Part shown: one piece after another, positions 12,001 to 27,000 of the stretch | Layout: the number at the start of each line of letters is the position of its first letter | Numbering within the stretch: the first letter of the stretch is position 1 | Source: Yuukianura sp. NJ FZ-2021 | Lineage: Eukaryota | Assembly: GCA_046563655.1 (NCBI GenBank) | Contig: JAJCTO010000013.1 | Coordinates: 372,001 to 436,000, forward strand | DNA: 64,000 nucleotides | Reading direction: 5' to 3' | Notes under the pieces: model-generated | What the model saw: only the letters and a program-made list of their open reading frames with translations | Database searches by the model: none | What the model was told of the DNA's origin: nothing | Position numbers and translations under genes: made by a program

Positions 12001-15000
12001 TCGCCGATGTTAGACTTGCTTGTAGCTTTGGAAACTTGATGAGTCCGCCAACGCAGACAGGAACAAATATTTCTGCGAGAAAAATCTATTCGCTTTAATT
12101 CTGCTGTTACGATTATGCATTGTTCAAGGCGTATAAGAACATTATTCTGCCGTTGGCCGAAGTATTGGAGCTGAAATTTTAGTAGCAGCTTGACTTCAAT
12201 TTTGCAGGGTGTGAGGCTTCACAAGAACCCCCTTTCGGTTCGCCGATGTTAGACTTGCTTGTAGCTTTGGAAACTTGATGAGTCCGCCAACGCAAACTAC
12301 AACATATATTTCTGCGAGAAAAATCTATTCGCTTTAATCCTGCTGTTACGATTATGCATTGTTCCAGGCGTATAAGAACATTATTCTGCCGTTGGCCGAA
12401 GTATTGGAGCTGAAATTTTAGTAGCAGCTTGACTTCAATTTTGCAGGATGTGAGGCTTCACAAGAACCCCGTTTCGGTTCGCCGATGTTAGACTTGCTTG
12501 TAGCTTTGGAAACTTGATGAGTCAGCAGCCAACGCAAACTACAACATATATTTCTGTGAGAAAAATCTATTCGCTTTAATCCTGCTGTTACGATTATGCA
12601 TTGTTCCAGGCGTATAAGAACATTATTCTGCCGTTGGCCGAAGTATTGGAGCTGAAATTTTAGTAGCAGCTTGACTTCAATTTTGCAGGGTGTGAGGCTT
12701 CACAAGAACCCTCTTTCGGTTCGCCGATGTTAGACTTGCTTGTAGCTTTGGAAACTTGATGAGTCCGCCAACGCAGACAGGAACAAATATTTCTGCGAGA
12801 AAAATCTATTCGCTTTAATTCTGCTGTTACGATTATGCATTGTTCCAGGCGTATAAGAACATTATTCTGCCGTTGGCCGAAGTATTGGAGCTGAAATTTT
12901 AGTAGCAGCTTGACTTCAATTTTGCAGGATGTGAGGCTTCACGAGAACCCCTTTCGGTTCGCCGATGTTAGACTTGCTTGTAGCTTTGGAAACTTGATGA
13001 GTCCGCCAACGCAAACTACAACATATATTTCTGCGAGAAAAATCTATTCGCTTTAATTCTGCTGTTACGATTATGCATTGTTCCAGGCGTATAAGAACAT
13101 TATTCTGCCGTTGGCCGAAGTATTGGAGCTGAAATTTTAGTAGCAGCTTGACTTCAATTTTGCAGGATGTGAGGCTTCACAAGAACCCCTTTCGGTTCGC
13201 CGATGTTAGACTTGCTTGTAGCTTTGGAAACTTGATGAGTCCGCCAACGCAGACTGGAACAAATATTTCTGCGATAAAAATCTATTCGCTTTAATCCTGC
13301 TGTTACGATTATGCATTGTTCCAGGCGTATAAGAACATTATTCTGCCGTTGGCCGAAGTATTGGAGCTGAAATTTTAGTAGCAGCTTGACTTCAATTTTG
13401 CAGGATGTGAGGCTTCACAAGAACCCCTTTCGGTTCGCCGATGTTAGACTTGTTTGTAGCTTTGGAAACTTGATGAGTCAGCAGCCAACGCAAATTACAA
13501 CATATATTTCTGCGAGAAAAATCTATTCGCTTTAATTCTGCTGTTACGATTATGCATTGTTCCAGGCGTATAAGAACATTATTCTGCCGTTGGCCGAAGT
13601 ATTGGAGCTGAAATTTTAGTAGCAGCTTGACTTCAATTTTGCAGGATGTGAGGCTTCACAAGAACCCCCTTTCGGTTCGCCGATGTTAGACTTGCTTGTA
13701 GCTTTGGAAACTTGATGAGTCCGCCAACGCAAACTACAACATATATTTCTGCGAGAAAAATCTATTCGCTTTAATTCTGCTGTTACGATTATGCATTGTT
13801 CCAGGCGTATAAGAACATTATTCTGCCGTTGGCCGAAGTATTGGAACTGAAATTTTAGTAGCAGCTTGACTTCAATTTTGCAGGATGTGAGGCTTCACAA
13901 GAACCCCGTTTCGGTTCGCCGATGTTAGACTTGTTTGTAGCTTTGGAAACTTGATGAGTCAGCAGCCAACGCAAATTACAACATATATTTCTGCGAGAAA
14001 AATCTATTCGCTTTAATTCTGCTGTTACGATTATGCATTGTTCAAGGCGTATAAGAACATTATTCTGCCGTTGGCCGAAGTATTGGAGCTGAAATTTTAG
14101 TAGCAGCTTGACTTCAATTTTGCAGGATGTGAGGCTTCACAAGAACCCCGTTTCGGTTCGCCGATGTTAGACTTGCTTGTAGCTTTGGAAACTTGATGAG
14201 TCCGCCAACGCAAACTACAACATATATTTCTGCGAGAAAAATCTATTCGCTTTAATTCTGCTGTTACGATTATGCATTGTTCCAGGCGTATAAGAACATT
14301 ATTCTGCCGTTGGCCGAAGTATTGGAGCTGAAATTTTAGTAGCAGCTTGACTTCAATTTTGCAGGATGTGAGGCTTCACAAGAACCCCCTTTCGGTTCGC
14401 CGATGTTAGACTTGCTTGTAGCTTTGGAAACTTGATGAGTCAGCGCCAACGCAGACTACAACATATATTTCTGCGAGAAAAATCTATTCGCTTTAATCCG
14501 GCTGTTACGATTATGCATTGTTCCAGGCGTATAAGAACATTATTCTGCCGTTGGCCGAAGTATTGGAGCTGAAATTTTAGTAGCAGCTTGACTTCAATTT
14601 TGCAGGGTGTGAGGCTTCACAAGAACCCCCTTTCGGTTCGCCGATGTTAGACTTGCTTGTAGCTTTCGAAACTTGATGAGTCCGCCAACGCAAACTACAA
14701 CAAATATTTCTGCGAGAAAAATCTATTCGCTTTAATTCTGCTGTTACGATTATGCATTGTTCAAGGCGTATAAGAACATTATTCTGCCGTTGGCCGAAGT
14801 ATTGGAGCTGAAATTTTAGTAGCAGCTTGACTTCAATTTTGCAGGATGTGAGGCTTCACAAGAACCCCTTTCGGTTCGCCGATGTTAGACTTGCTTGTAG
14901 CTTTGGAAACTTGATGAGTCCAGCCAACGCAAACTACAACATATATTTCTGCGAGAAAAATCTATTCGCTTTAATTCTGCTGTTACGATTATGCATTGTT

Positions 15001-18000
15001 CCAGGCGTATAAGAACATTATTCTGCCGTTGGCCGAAGTATTGGAGCTGAAATTTTAGTAGCAGCTTGACTTCAATTTTGCAGGGTGTGAGGCTTCACAA
15101 GAACCCCATTTCGGCTCGCCGATGTTAGACTTGCTTGTAGCTTTGGAAACTTGATGAGTCAGCGCCAACGCAAACTACAACATATATTTCTGTGAGAAAA
15201 ATCTATTCGCTTTAATCCTGCTGTTACGATTATGCATTGTTCCAGGCGTATAAGAACATTATTCTGCCGTTGGCCGAAGTATTGGAGCTGAAATTTTAGT
15301 AGCAGCTTGACTTCAATTTTGCAGGATGTGAGGCTTCACAAGAACCCCTTTCGGTTCGCCGATGTTAGACTTGCTTGTAGCTTTGGAAACTTGATGAGTC
15401 CGCCAACGCAAACTACAACATATATTTCTGTGAGAAAAATCTATTCGCTTTAATCCTGCTGTTACGATTATGCATTGTTCCAGGCGTATAAGAATATTAT
15501 TCTGCCGTTGGCCGAAGTATTGGAGCTGAAATTTTAGTAGCAGCTTGACTTCAATTTTGCAGGGTGTGAGGCTTCACAAGAACCCCCTTTCGGTTCGCCG
15601 ATGTTAGACTTGCTTGTAGCTTTGGAAACTTGATGAGTCCGCCAACGCAGACAGGAACAAATATTTCTGCGAGAAAAATCTATTCGCTTTAATTCTGCTG
15701 TTACGATTATGCATTGTTCAAGGCGTATAAGAACATTATTCTGCCGTTGGCCGAAGTATTGGAGCTGAAATTTTAGTAGCAGCTTGACTTCAATTTTGCA
15801 GGATGTGAGGCTTCACAAGAACCCCTTTTCGGTTCGCCGATGTTAGACTTGCTTGTAGCTTTGGAAACTTGACGAGTCCGCCAACGCAAACTACAACATA
15901 TATTTCTGCAAGAAAAATCTAATTGCTTTAATCCTGCTGTTACGATTGTGCATTGTTCCAGGCGTATAAGAACATTATTCTGCCGTTGGCCGAAGTATTG
16001 GAGCTGAAATTTTAGTAGCAGCTTGACTTCAATTTTGCAGGGTGTGAGGCTTCACAAGAACCCCTTTCGGTTCGCCGATGTTAGACTTGCTTGTAGCTTT
16101 GGAAACTTGATGAGTCCGCCAACGCAAACTACAACATATATTTCTGCGAGAAAAATCTATTCGCTTTAATCCTGCTGTTACGATTATGCATTGTTCCAGG
16201 CGTATAAGAACATTATTCTGCCGTTGGCCGAAGTATTGGAGCTGAAATTTTAGTAGCAGCTTGACTTCAATTTTGCAGGGTGTGAGGCTTCACAAGAACC
16301 CCCTTTCGGTTCGCCGATGTTAGACTTGCTTGTAGCTTTGGAAACTTGATGAGTCCGCCAACGCAAACTACAACATATATTTCTGCGAGAAAAATCTATT
16401 CGCTTTAATCCTGCTGTTACGATTATGCATTGTTCCAGGCGTATAAGAACATTATTCTGCCGTTGGCCGAAGTATTGGAGCTGAAATTTTAGTAGCAGCT
16501 TGACTTCAATTTTGCAGGGTGTGAGGCTTCACAAGAACCCACTTTCGGTTCGCCGATGTTAGACTTGCTTGTAGCTTTGGAAACTTGATGAGTCCGCCAA
16601 CGCAGACTGGAACAAATATTTCTGCGATAAAAATCTATTCGCTTTAATCCTGCTGTTACGATTATGCATTGTTCCAGGCGTATAAGAACATTATTCTGCC
16701 GTTGGCCGAAGTATTGGAGCTGAAATTTTAGTAGCAGCTTGACTTCAATTTTGCAGGGTGTGAGGCTTCACAAGAACCCCTTTCGGTTCGCCGATGTTAG
16801 ACTTGCTTGTAGCTTTGGAAACTTGATGAGTCCGCCAACGCAAACTACAACATATATTTCTGCGAGAAAAATCTATTCGCTTTAATTCTGCTGTTACGAT
16901 TATGCATTGTTCCAGGCGTATAAGAACATTATTCTGCCGTTGGCCGAAGTATTGGAGCTGAAATTTTAGTAGCAGCTTGACTTCAATTTTGCAGGGTGTG
17001 AGGCTTCACAAGAACCCACTTTCGGTTCGCCGATGTTAGACTTGCTTGTAGCTTTGGAAACTTGATGAGTCAGCAGCCAACGCAAATTACAACATATATT
17101 TCTGTGAGAAAAATCTATTCGCTTTAATTCTGCTGTTACGATTATGCATTGTTCCAGGCGTATAAGAACATTATTCTGCCGTTGGCCGAAGTATTGGAGC
17201 TGAAATTTTAGTAGCAGCTTGACTTCAATTTTGCAGGGTGTGAGGCTTCACAAGAACCCCTTTCGGTTCGCCGATGTTAGACTTGCTTGTAGCTTTGGAA
17301 ACTTGATGAGTCCGCCAACGCAAACTACAACATATATTTCTGTGAGAAAAATCTATTCGCTTTAATCCTGCTGTTACGATTATGCATTGTTCCAGGCGCA
17401 TAAGAATATTATTCTGCCGTTGGCCGAAGTATTGGAGCTGAAATTTTAGTAGCAGCTTGACTTCAATTTTGCAGGGTGTGAGGCTTCACAAGAACCCTCT
17501 TTCGGTTCGCCGATGTTAGACTTGCTTGTAGCTTTGGAAACTTGATGAGTCCGCCAACGCAGACAGGAACAAATATTTCTGCGAGAAAAATCTATTCGCT
17601 TTAATTCTGCTGTTACGATTATGCATTGTTCCAGGCGTATAAGAACATTATTCTGCCGTTGGCCGAAGTATTGGAGCTGAAATTTTAGTAGCAGCTTGAC
17701 TTCAATTTTGCAGGGTGTGAGGCTTCACAAGAACCCACTTTCGGTTCGCCGATGTTAGACTTGCTTGTAGCTTTGGAAACTTGATGAGTCCGCCAACGCA
17801 AACTACAACATATATTTCTGCGAGAAAAATCTATTCGCTTTAATTCTGCTGTTACGATTATGCATTGTTCCAGGCGTATAAGAACATTATTCTGCCGTTG
17901 GCCGAAGTATTGGAGCTGAAATTTTAGTAGCAGCTTGACTTCAATTTTGCAGGATGTGAGGCTTCACAAGAACCCTCTTTCGGTTCGACGATGTTAGACT

Positions 18001-21000
18001 TGTTTGTAGCTTTGGAAACTTGATGAGTCAGCAGCCAACGCAAATTACAACATATATTTCTGCGAGAAAAATCTATTCGCTTTAATTCTGCTGTTACGAT
18101 TATGCATTGTTCCAGGCGTATAAGAACATTATTCTGCCGTTGGCCGAAGTATTGGAGCTGAAATTTTAGTAGCAGCTTGACTTCAATTTTGCAGGGTGTG
18201 AGGCTTCACAAGAACCCCCTTTCGGTTCGCCGATGTTAGACTTGCTTGTAGCTTTGGAAACTTGATGAGTCCGCCAACGCAAACTACAACATATATTTCT
18301 GCGAGAAAAATCTATTCGCTTTAATTCTGCTGTTACGATTATGCATTGTTCCAGGCGTATAAGAACATTATTCTGCCGTTGGCCGAAGTATTGGAGCTGA
18401 AATTTTAGTAGCAGCTTGACTTCAATTTTGCAGGATGTGAGGCTTCACGAGAACCCCTTTCGGTTCGACGATGTTAGACTTGTTTGTAGCTTTGGAAACT
18501 TGATGAGTCAGCAGCCAACGCAAATTACAACATATATTTCTGCGAGAAGAATCTATTCGCTTTAATTCTGCTGTTACGATTATGCATTGTTCCAGGCGTA
18601 TAAGAACATTATTCTGCCGTTGGCCGAAGTATTGGAGCTGAAATTTTAGTAGCAGCTTGACTTCAATTTTGCAGGGTGTGAGGCTTCACAAGAACCCCCT
18701 TTCGGTTCGCCGATGTTAGACTTGCTTGTAGCTTTGGAAACTTGATGAGTCCGCCAACGCAAACTACAACATATATTTCTGCGAGAAAAATCTATTCGCT
18801 TTAATTCTGCTGTTACGATTATGCATTGTTCCAGGCGTATAAGAACATTATTCTGCCGTTGGCCGAAGTATTGGAGCTGAAATTTTAGTAGCAGCTTGAC
18901 TTCAATTTTGCAGGATGTGAGGCTTCACAAGAACCCCCTTTCGGTTCGCCGATGTTAGACTTGCTTGTAGCTTTGGAAGCTTGATGAGGCCGCCAACGCA
19001 GACAGGAACAAATATTTCTGCGAGAAAAATCTATTCGCTTTAATCCGGCTGTTACGATTATGCATTGTTCCAGGCGTATAAGAACATTATTCTGCCGATG
19101 GCCGAAGTATTGGAGCTGAAATTTTAGTAGCAGCTTGACTTCAATTTTGCAGGATGTGAGGCTTCACAAGAACCCCTTTCGGTTCGCCGATGTTAGACTT
19201 GCTTGTAGCTTTGGAAACTTGATGAGTCCGCCAACGCAAACTACAACATATATTTCTGCGAGAAAAATCTATTCGCTTTAATTCTGCTGTTACGATTATG
19301 CATTGTTCCAGGCGTATAAGAACATTATTCTGCCGTTGGCCGAAGTATTGGAGCTGAAATTTTAGTAGCAGCTTGACTTCAATTTTGCAGGGTGTGAGGC
19401 TTCACAAGAACCCCCTTTCGGTTCGCCGATGTTAGACTTGCTTGTAGCTTTGGAAACTTGATGAGTCCGCCAACGCAGACAGGAACAAATATTTCTGCGA
19501 GAAAAATCTATTCGCTTTAATTCTGCTGTTACGATTATGCATTGTTCAAGGCGTATAAGAACATTATTCTGCCGTTGGCCGAAGTATTGGAGCTGAAATT
19601 TTAGTAGCAGCTTGACTTCAATTTTGCAGGGTGTGAGGCTTCACAAGAACCCCCTTTCGGTTCGCCGATGTTAGACTTGCTTGTAGCTTTGGAAACTTGA
19701 TGAGTCAGCACCCAACGCAAACTACAACAAATATTTCTGTGAGAAAAATCTATTCGCTTTAATCCTGCTGTTACGATTATGCATTGTTCCAGGCGTATAA
19801 GAATATTATTCTGCCGTTGGCCGAAGTATTGGAGCTGAAATTTTAGTAGCAGCTTGACTTCAATTTTGCAGGGTGTGAGGCTTCACAAGAACCCCTTTCG
19901 GTTCGCCGATGTTAGACTTGCTTGTAGCTTTGGAAACTTGATGAGTCAGCAGCCAACGCAAATTACAACATATATTTCTGCGAGAAAAATCTATTCGCTT
20001 TAATTCTGCTGTTACGATTATGCATTGTTCCAGGCGTATAAGAACATTATTCTGCCGTTGGCCGAAGTATTGGAGCTGAAATTTTAGTAGCAGCTTGACT
20101 TCAATTTTGCAGGGTGTGAGGCTTCACAAGAACCCCCTTTCGGTTCGCCGATGTTAGACTTGCTTGTAGCTTTGGAAACTTGATGAGTCAGCACCCAACG
20201 CAAACTACAACAAATATTTCTGTGAGAAAAATCTATTCGCTTTAATCCTGCTGTTACGATTATGCATTGTTCCAGGCGTATAAGAACATTATTCTGCCGT
20301 TGGCCGAAGTATTGGAGCTGAAATTTTAGTAGCAGCTTGACTTCAATTTTGCAGGGTGTGAGGCTTCACAAGAACCCCATTTCGGTTCGCCGATGTTAGA
20401 CTTGCTTGTAGCTTTGGAAACTTGATGAGTCCGCCAACGCAAACTACAACATATATTTCTGCGAGAAAAATCTATTCGCTTTAATTCTGCTGTTACGATT
20501 ATGCATTGTTCCAGGCGTATAAGAACATTATTCTGCCGTTGGCCGAAGTATTGGAGCTGAAATTTTAGTAGCAGCTTGACTTCAATTTTGCAGGATGTGA
20601 GGCTTCACAAGAACCCACTTTCGGTTCGACGATGTTAGACTTGTTTGTAGCTTTGGAAACTTGATGAGTCAGCAGCCAACGCAAATTACAACATATATTT
20701 CTGCGAGAAGAATCTATTCGCTTTAATTCTGCTGTTACGATTATGCATTGTAACAGGCGTATAAGAACATTATTCTGCCGTTGGCCGAAGTATTGGAGCT
20801 GAAATTTTAGTAGCAGCTTGACTTCAATTTTGCAGGGTGTGAGGCTTCACAAGAACCCTCTTTCGGTTCGCCGATGTTAGACTTGCTTGTAGCTTTGGAA
20901 ACTTGATGAGTCCGCCAACGCAAACTACAACAAATATTTCTGTGAGAAAAATCTATTCGCTTTAATCCTGCTGTTACGATTATGCATTGTTCCAGGCGTA

Positions 21001-24000
21001 TAAGAACATTATTCTGCCGTTGGCCGAAGTATTGGAGCTGAAATTTTAGTAGCAGCTTGACTTCAATTTTGCAGGATGTGAGGCTTCACAAGAACCCCCT
21101 TTCGGTTCGCCGATGTTAGACTTGCTTGTAGCTTTGGAAACTTGCCGAGTCCGCCAACGCAAACTACAACATATATTTCTGCAAGAAAAATCTAATTGCT
21201 TTAATCCTGCTGTTACGATTGTGCATTGTTCCAGGCGTATAAGAACATTATTCTGCCGTTGGCCGAAGTATTGGAGCTGAAATTTTAGTAGCAGCTTGAC
21301 TTCAATTTTGCAGGATGTGAGGCTTCACAAGAACCCCCTTTCGGTTCGCCGATGTTAGACTTGCTTGTAGCTTTGGAAACTTGACGAGTCCGCCAACGCA
21401 AACTACAACATATATTTCTGCAAGAAAAATCTAATTGCTTTAATCCTGCTGTTACGATTGTGCATTGTTCCAGGCGTATAAGAACATTATTCTGCCGTTG
21501 GCCGAAGTATTGGAGCTGAAATTTTAGTAGCAGCTTGACTTCAATTTTGCAGGGTGTGAGGCTTCACAAGAACCCCTTTTCGGTTCGCCGATGTTAGACT
21601 TGCTTGTAGCTTTGGAAACTTGATGAGTCCGCCAACGCAAACTACAACATATATTTCTGCAAGAAAAATCTAATCGCTTTAATCCTGCTGTTACGATTAT
21701 GCATTGTTCCAGGCGTATAAGAACATTATTCTGCCGTTGGCCGAAGTATTGGAGCTGAAATTTTAGTAGCAGCTTGACTTCAATTTTGCAGGATGTGAGG
21801 CTTCACAAGAACCCCCTTTCGGTTCGCCGATGTTAGACTTGCTTGTAGCTTTGGAAACTTGATGAGTCCGCCAACGCAGACTGGAACAAATATTTCTGCG
21901 ATAAAAATCTATTCGCTTTAATCCGGCTGTTACGATTATGCATTGTTCCAGGCGTATAAGAACATTATTCTGCCGTTGGCCGAAGTATTGGAGCTGAAAT
22001 TTTAGTAGCAGCTTGACTTCAATTTTGCAGGATGTGAGGCTTCACAAGAACCCCGTTTCGGTTCGCCGATGTTAGACTTGCTTGTAGCTTTGGAAACTTG
22101 ATGAGTCCGCCAACGCAAACTACAACATATATTTCTGCGAGAAAAATCTATTCGCTTTTATTCTGCTGTTACGATTATGCATTGTTCCAGGCGTATAAGA
22201 ACATTATTCTGGGGTTGGCCGGACTATTGGAACTGAAATTTAAGTAGCAGCTTGACTTCAATTTTGCAGGATGTGAGGCTTCACAAGAACCCCCTTTCGG
22301 TTCGCCGATGTTAGACTTGCTTGTAGCTTTGGAAACTTGATGCGTCAGCAGCCAACGCAAATTACAACATATATTTCTGTGAGAAAAATCTATTCGCTTT
22401 AATCCGGCTGTTACGATTATGCATTGTTCCAGGCGTATAAGAACATTATTCTGCCGTTGGCCGAAGTATTGGAACTGAAATTTAAGTAGCAGCTTGACTT
22501 CAATTTTGCAGGATGTGAGGCTTCACAAGAACCCCCTTTCGGTTCGCCGATGTTAGACTTGCTTGTAGCTTTGGAAACTTGATGAGTCCGCCAACGCAAA
22601 CTACAACATATATTTCTGTGAGAAAAATCTATTCGCTTTAATCCTGCTGTTACGATTATGCATTGTTCCAGGCGTATAAGAATATTATTCTGCCGTTGGC
22701 CGAAGTATTGGAGCTGAAATTTTAGTAGCAGCTTGACTTCACTTTTGCTGGGTGTGAGGCTTCACAAGAACCCTCTTTCGGTTCGCCGATGTTAGACTTG
22801 CTTGTAGCTTTGGAAACTTGATGAGTCCGCCAACGCAGACAGGAACAAATATTTCTGCGAGAAAAATCTATTCGCTTTAATTCTGCTGTTACGATTATGC
22901 ATTGTTCAAGGCGTATAAGAACATTATTCTGCCGTTGGCCGAAGTATTGGAGCTGAAATTTTAGTAGCAGCTTGACTTCAATTTTGCAGGGTGTGAGGCT
23001 TCACAAGAACCCCCTTTCGGTTCGCCGATGTTAGACTTGCTTGTAGCTTTGGAAACTTGATGAGTCCGCCAACGCAAACTACAACATATATTTCTGCGAG
23101 AAAAATCTATTCGCTTTTATTCTGCTGTTACGATTATGCATTGTTCCAGGCGTATAAGAACATTATTCTGCCGTTGGCCGAAGTATTGGAGCTGAAATTT
23201 TAGTAGCAGCTTGACTTCAATTTTGCAGGATGTGAGGCTTCACAAGAACCCCTTTCGGTTCGCCGATGTTAGACTTGTTTGTAGCTTTGGAAACTTGATG
23301 AGTCAGCAGCCAACGCAAATTACAACATATATTTCTGCGAGAAAAATCTATTCGCTTTAATTCTGCTGTTACGATTATGCATTGTTCAAGGCGTATAAGA
23401 ACATTATTCTGCCGTTGGCCGAAGTATTGGAGCTGAAATTTTAGTAGCAGCTTGACTTCAATTTTGCAGGATGTGAGGCTTCACAAGAACCCCTTTCGGT
23501 TCGCCGATGTTAGACTTGCTTGTAGCTTTGGAAACTTGATGAGTCCGCCAACGCAAACTACAACATATATTTCTGCGAGAAAAATCTATTCGCTTTAATT
23601 CTGCTGTTACGATTATGCATTGTTCCAGGCGTATAAGAACATTATTCTGCCGTTGGCCGAAGTATTGGAGCTGAAATTTTAGTAGCAGCTTGACTTCAAT
23701 TTTGCAGGATGTGAGGCTTCACAAGAACCCCGTTTCGGTTCGCCGATGTTAGACTTGCTTGTAGCTTTGGAAACTTGATGAGTCAGCAGCCAACGCAAAT
23801 TACAACATATATTTCTGCGAGAAAAATCTATTCGCTTTAATTCTGCTGTTACGATTATGCATTGTTCCAGGCGTATAAGAACATTATTCTGCCGTTGGCC
23901 GAAGTATTGGAGCTGAAATTTTAGTAGCAGCTTGACTTCAATTTTGCAGGGTGTGAGGCTTCACAAGAACCCCCTTTCGGTTCGCCGATGTTAGACTTGC

Positions 24001-27000
24001 TTGTAGCTTTGGAAACTTGATGAGTCCGCCAACGCAAACTACAACATATATTTCTGCGAGAAAAATCTATTCGCTTTAATTCTGCTGTTACGATTATGCA
24101 TTGTTCAAGGCGTATAAGAACATTATTCTGCCGTTGGCCGGACTATTGGAACTGAAATTTAAGTAGCAGCTTGACTTCAATTTTGCAGGATGTGAGGCTT
24201 CACAAGAACCCCCTTTCGGTTCGCCGATGTTAGACTTGCTTGTAGCTTTGGAAGCTTGATGAGGCCGCCAACGCAGACAGGAACAAATATTTCTGCGAGA
24301 AAAATCTATTCGCTTTAATTCTGCTGTTACGATTATGCATTGTTCAAGGCGTATAAGAACATTATTCTGCCGTTGGCCGAAGTATTGGAGCTGAAATTTT
24401 AGTAGCAGCTTGACTTCAATTTTGCAGGATGTGAGGCTTCACAAGAACCCCTTTCGGTTCGCCGATGTTAGACTTGCTTGTAGCTTTGGAAACTTGATGA
24501 GTCCGCCAACGCAAACTACAACATATATTTCTGCGAGAAAAATCTATTCGCTTTAATTCTGCTGTTACGATTATGCATTGTTCCAGGCGTATAAGAACAT
24601 TATTCTGCCGTTGGCCGAAGTATTGGAGCTGAAATTTTAGTAGCAGCTTGACTTCACTTTTGCTGGGTGTGAGGCTTCACAAGAACCCTCTTTCGGTTCG
24701 CCGATGTTAGACTTGCTTGTAGCTTTGGAAACTTGATGAGTCCGCCAACGCAGACAGGAACAAATATTTCTGCGAGAAAAATCTATTCGCTTTAATTCTG
24801 CTGTTACGATTATGCATTGTTCAAGGCGTATAAGAACATTATTCTGCCGTTGGCCGAAGTATTGGAGCTGAAATTTTAGTAGCAGCTTGACTTCAATTTT
24901 GCAGGGTGTGAGGCTTCACAAGAACCCACTTTCGGTTCGCCGATGTTAGACTTGCTTGTAGCTTTGGAAACTTGATGAGTCAGCACCCAACGCAAACTAC
25001 AACAAATATTTCTGTGAGAAAAATCTATTCGCTTTAATCCTGCTGTTACGATTATGCATTGTTCCAGGCGTATTAGAATATTATTCTGCCGTTGGCCGAA
25101 GTATTGGAGCTGAAATTTTAGTAGCAGCTTGACTTCAATTTTGCAGGATGTGAGGCTTCACAAGAACCCTCTTTCGGTTCGCCGATGTTAGACTTGCTTG
25201 TAGCTTTGGAAGCTTGATGAGGCCGCCAACGCAAACTACAACATATATTTCTGCGAGAAAAATCTATTCGCTTTAATTCTGCTGTTACGATTATGCATTG
25301 TTCCAGGCGTATAAGAACATTATTCTGCCGTTGGCCGAAGTATTGGAGCTGAAATTTTAGTAGCAGCTTGACTTCAATTTTGCAGGGTGTGAGGCTTCAC
25401 AAGAACCCACTTTCGGTTCGCCGATGTTAGACTTGCTTGTAGCTTTGGAAACTTGATGAGTCAGCACCCAACGCAAACTACAACAAATATTTCTGTGAGA
25501 AAAATCTATTCGCTTTAATCCTGCTGTTACGATTATGCATTGTTCCAGGCGTATTAGAATATTATTCTGCCGTTGGCCGAAGTATTGGAGCTGAAATTTT
25601 AGTAGCAGCTTGACTTCAATTTTGCAGGGTGTGAGGCTTCACAAGAACCCCTTTCGGTTCGCCGATGTTAGACTTGCTTGTAGCTTTGGAAACTTGATGA
25701 GTCCGCCAACGCAAACTACAACATATATTTCTGCGAGAAAAATCTATTCGCTTTTATTCTGCTGTTACGATTATGCATTGTTCCAGGCGTATAAGAACAT
25801 TATTCTGCCGTTGGCCGAAGTATTGGAGCTGAAATTTTAGTAGCAGCTTGACTTCAATTTTGCAGGATGTGAGGCTTCACAAGAACCCCTTTCGGTTCGA
25901 CGATGTTAGACTTGTTTGTAGCTTTGGAAACTTGATGAGTCAGCAGCCAACGCAAATTACAACATATATTTCTGCGAGAAAAATCTATTCGCTTTAATTC
26001 TGCTGTTACGATTATGCATTGTTCCAGGCGTATAAGAACATTATTCTGCCGTTGGCCGAAGTATTGGAGCTGAAATTTTAGTAGCAGCTTGACTTCAATT
26101 TTGCAGGGTGTGAGGCTTCACAAGAACCCACTTTCGGTTCGCCGATGTTAGACTTGCTTGTAGCTTTGGAAACTTGATGAGTCAGCACCCAACGCAAACT
26201 ACAACAAATATTTCTGTGAGAAAAATCTATTCGCTTTAATCCTGCTGTTACGATTATGCATTGTTCCAGGCGTATAAGAACATTATTCTGCCGTTGGCCG
26301 AAGTATTGGAGCTGAAATTTTAGTAGCAGCTTGACTTCAATTTTGCAGGATGTGAGGCTTCACAAGAACCCCTTTCGGTTCGCCGATGTTAGACTTGCTT
26401 GTAGCTTTGGAAACTTGATGAGTCAGCAGCCAACGCAAACTACAACATATATTTCTGCGAGAAAAATCTATTCGCTTTAATTCTGCTGTTACGATTATGC
26501 ATTGTTCCAGGCGAATGAGAACATTATTCTGCCGTTGGCCGAAGTATTGGAGCTGAAATTTAAGTAGCAGCTTGACTTCAATTTTGCAGGATGTGAGGCT
26601 TCACAAGAACCCCTTTCGGTTCGCCGATGTTAGACTTGCTTGTAGCTTTGGAAACTTGATGAGTCAGCACCCAACGCAAACTACAACAAATATTTCTGTG
26701 AGAAAAATCTATTCGCTTTAATCCTGCTGTTACGATTATGCATTGTTCCAGGCGTATTAGAATATTATTCTGCCGTTGGCCGAAGTATTGGAGCTGAAAT
26801 TTTAGTAGCAGCTTGACTTCAATTTTGCAGGGTGTGAGGCTTCACAAGAACCCCCTTTCGGTTCGCCGATGTTAGACTTGCTTGTAGCTTTGGAAACTTG
26901 ATGAGTCCGCCAACGCAAACTACAACATATATTTCTGCGAGAAAAATCTATTCGCTTTAATTCTGCTGTTACGATTATGCATTGTTCCAGGCGTATAAGA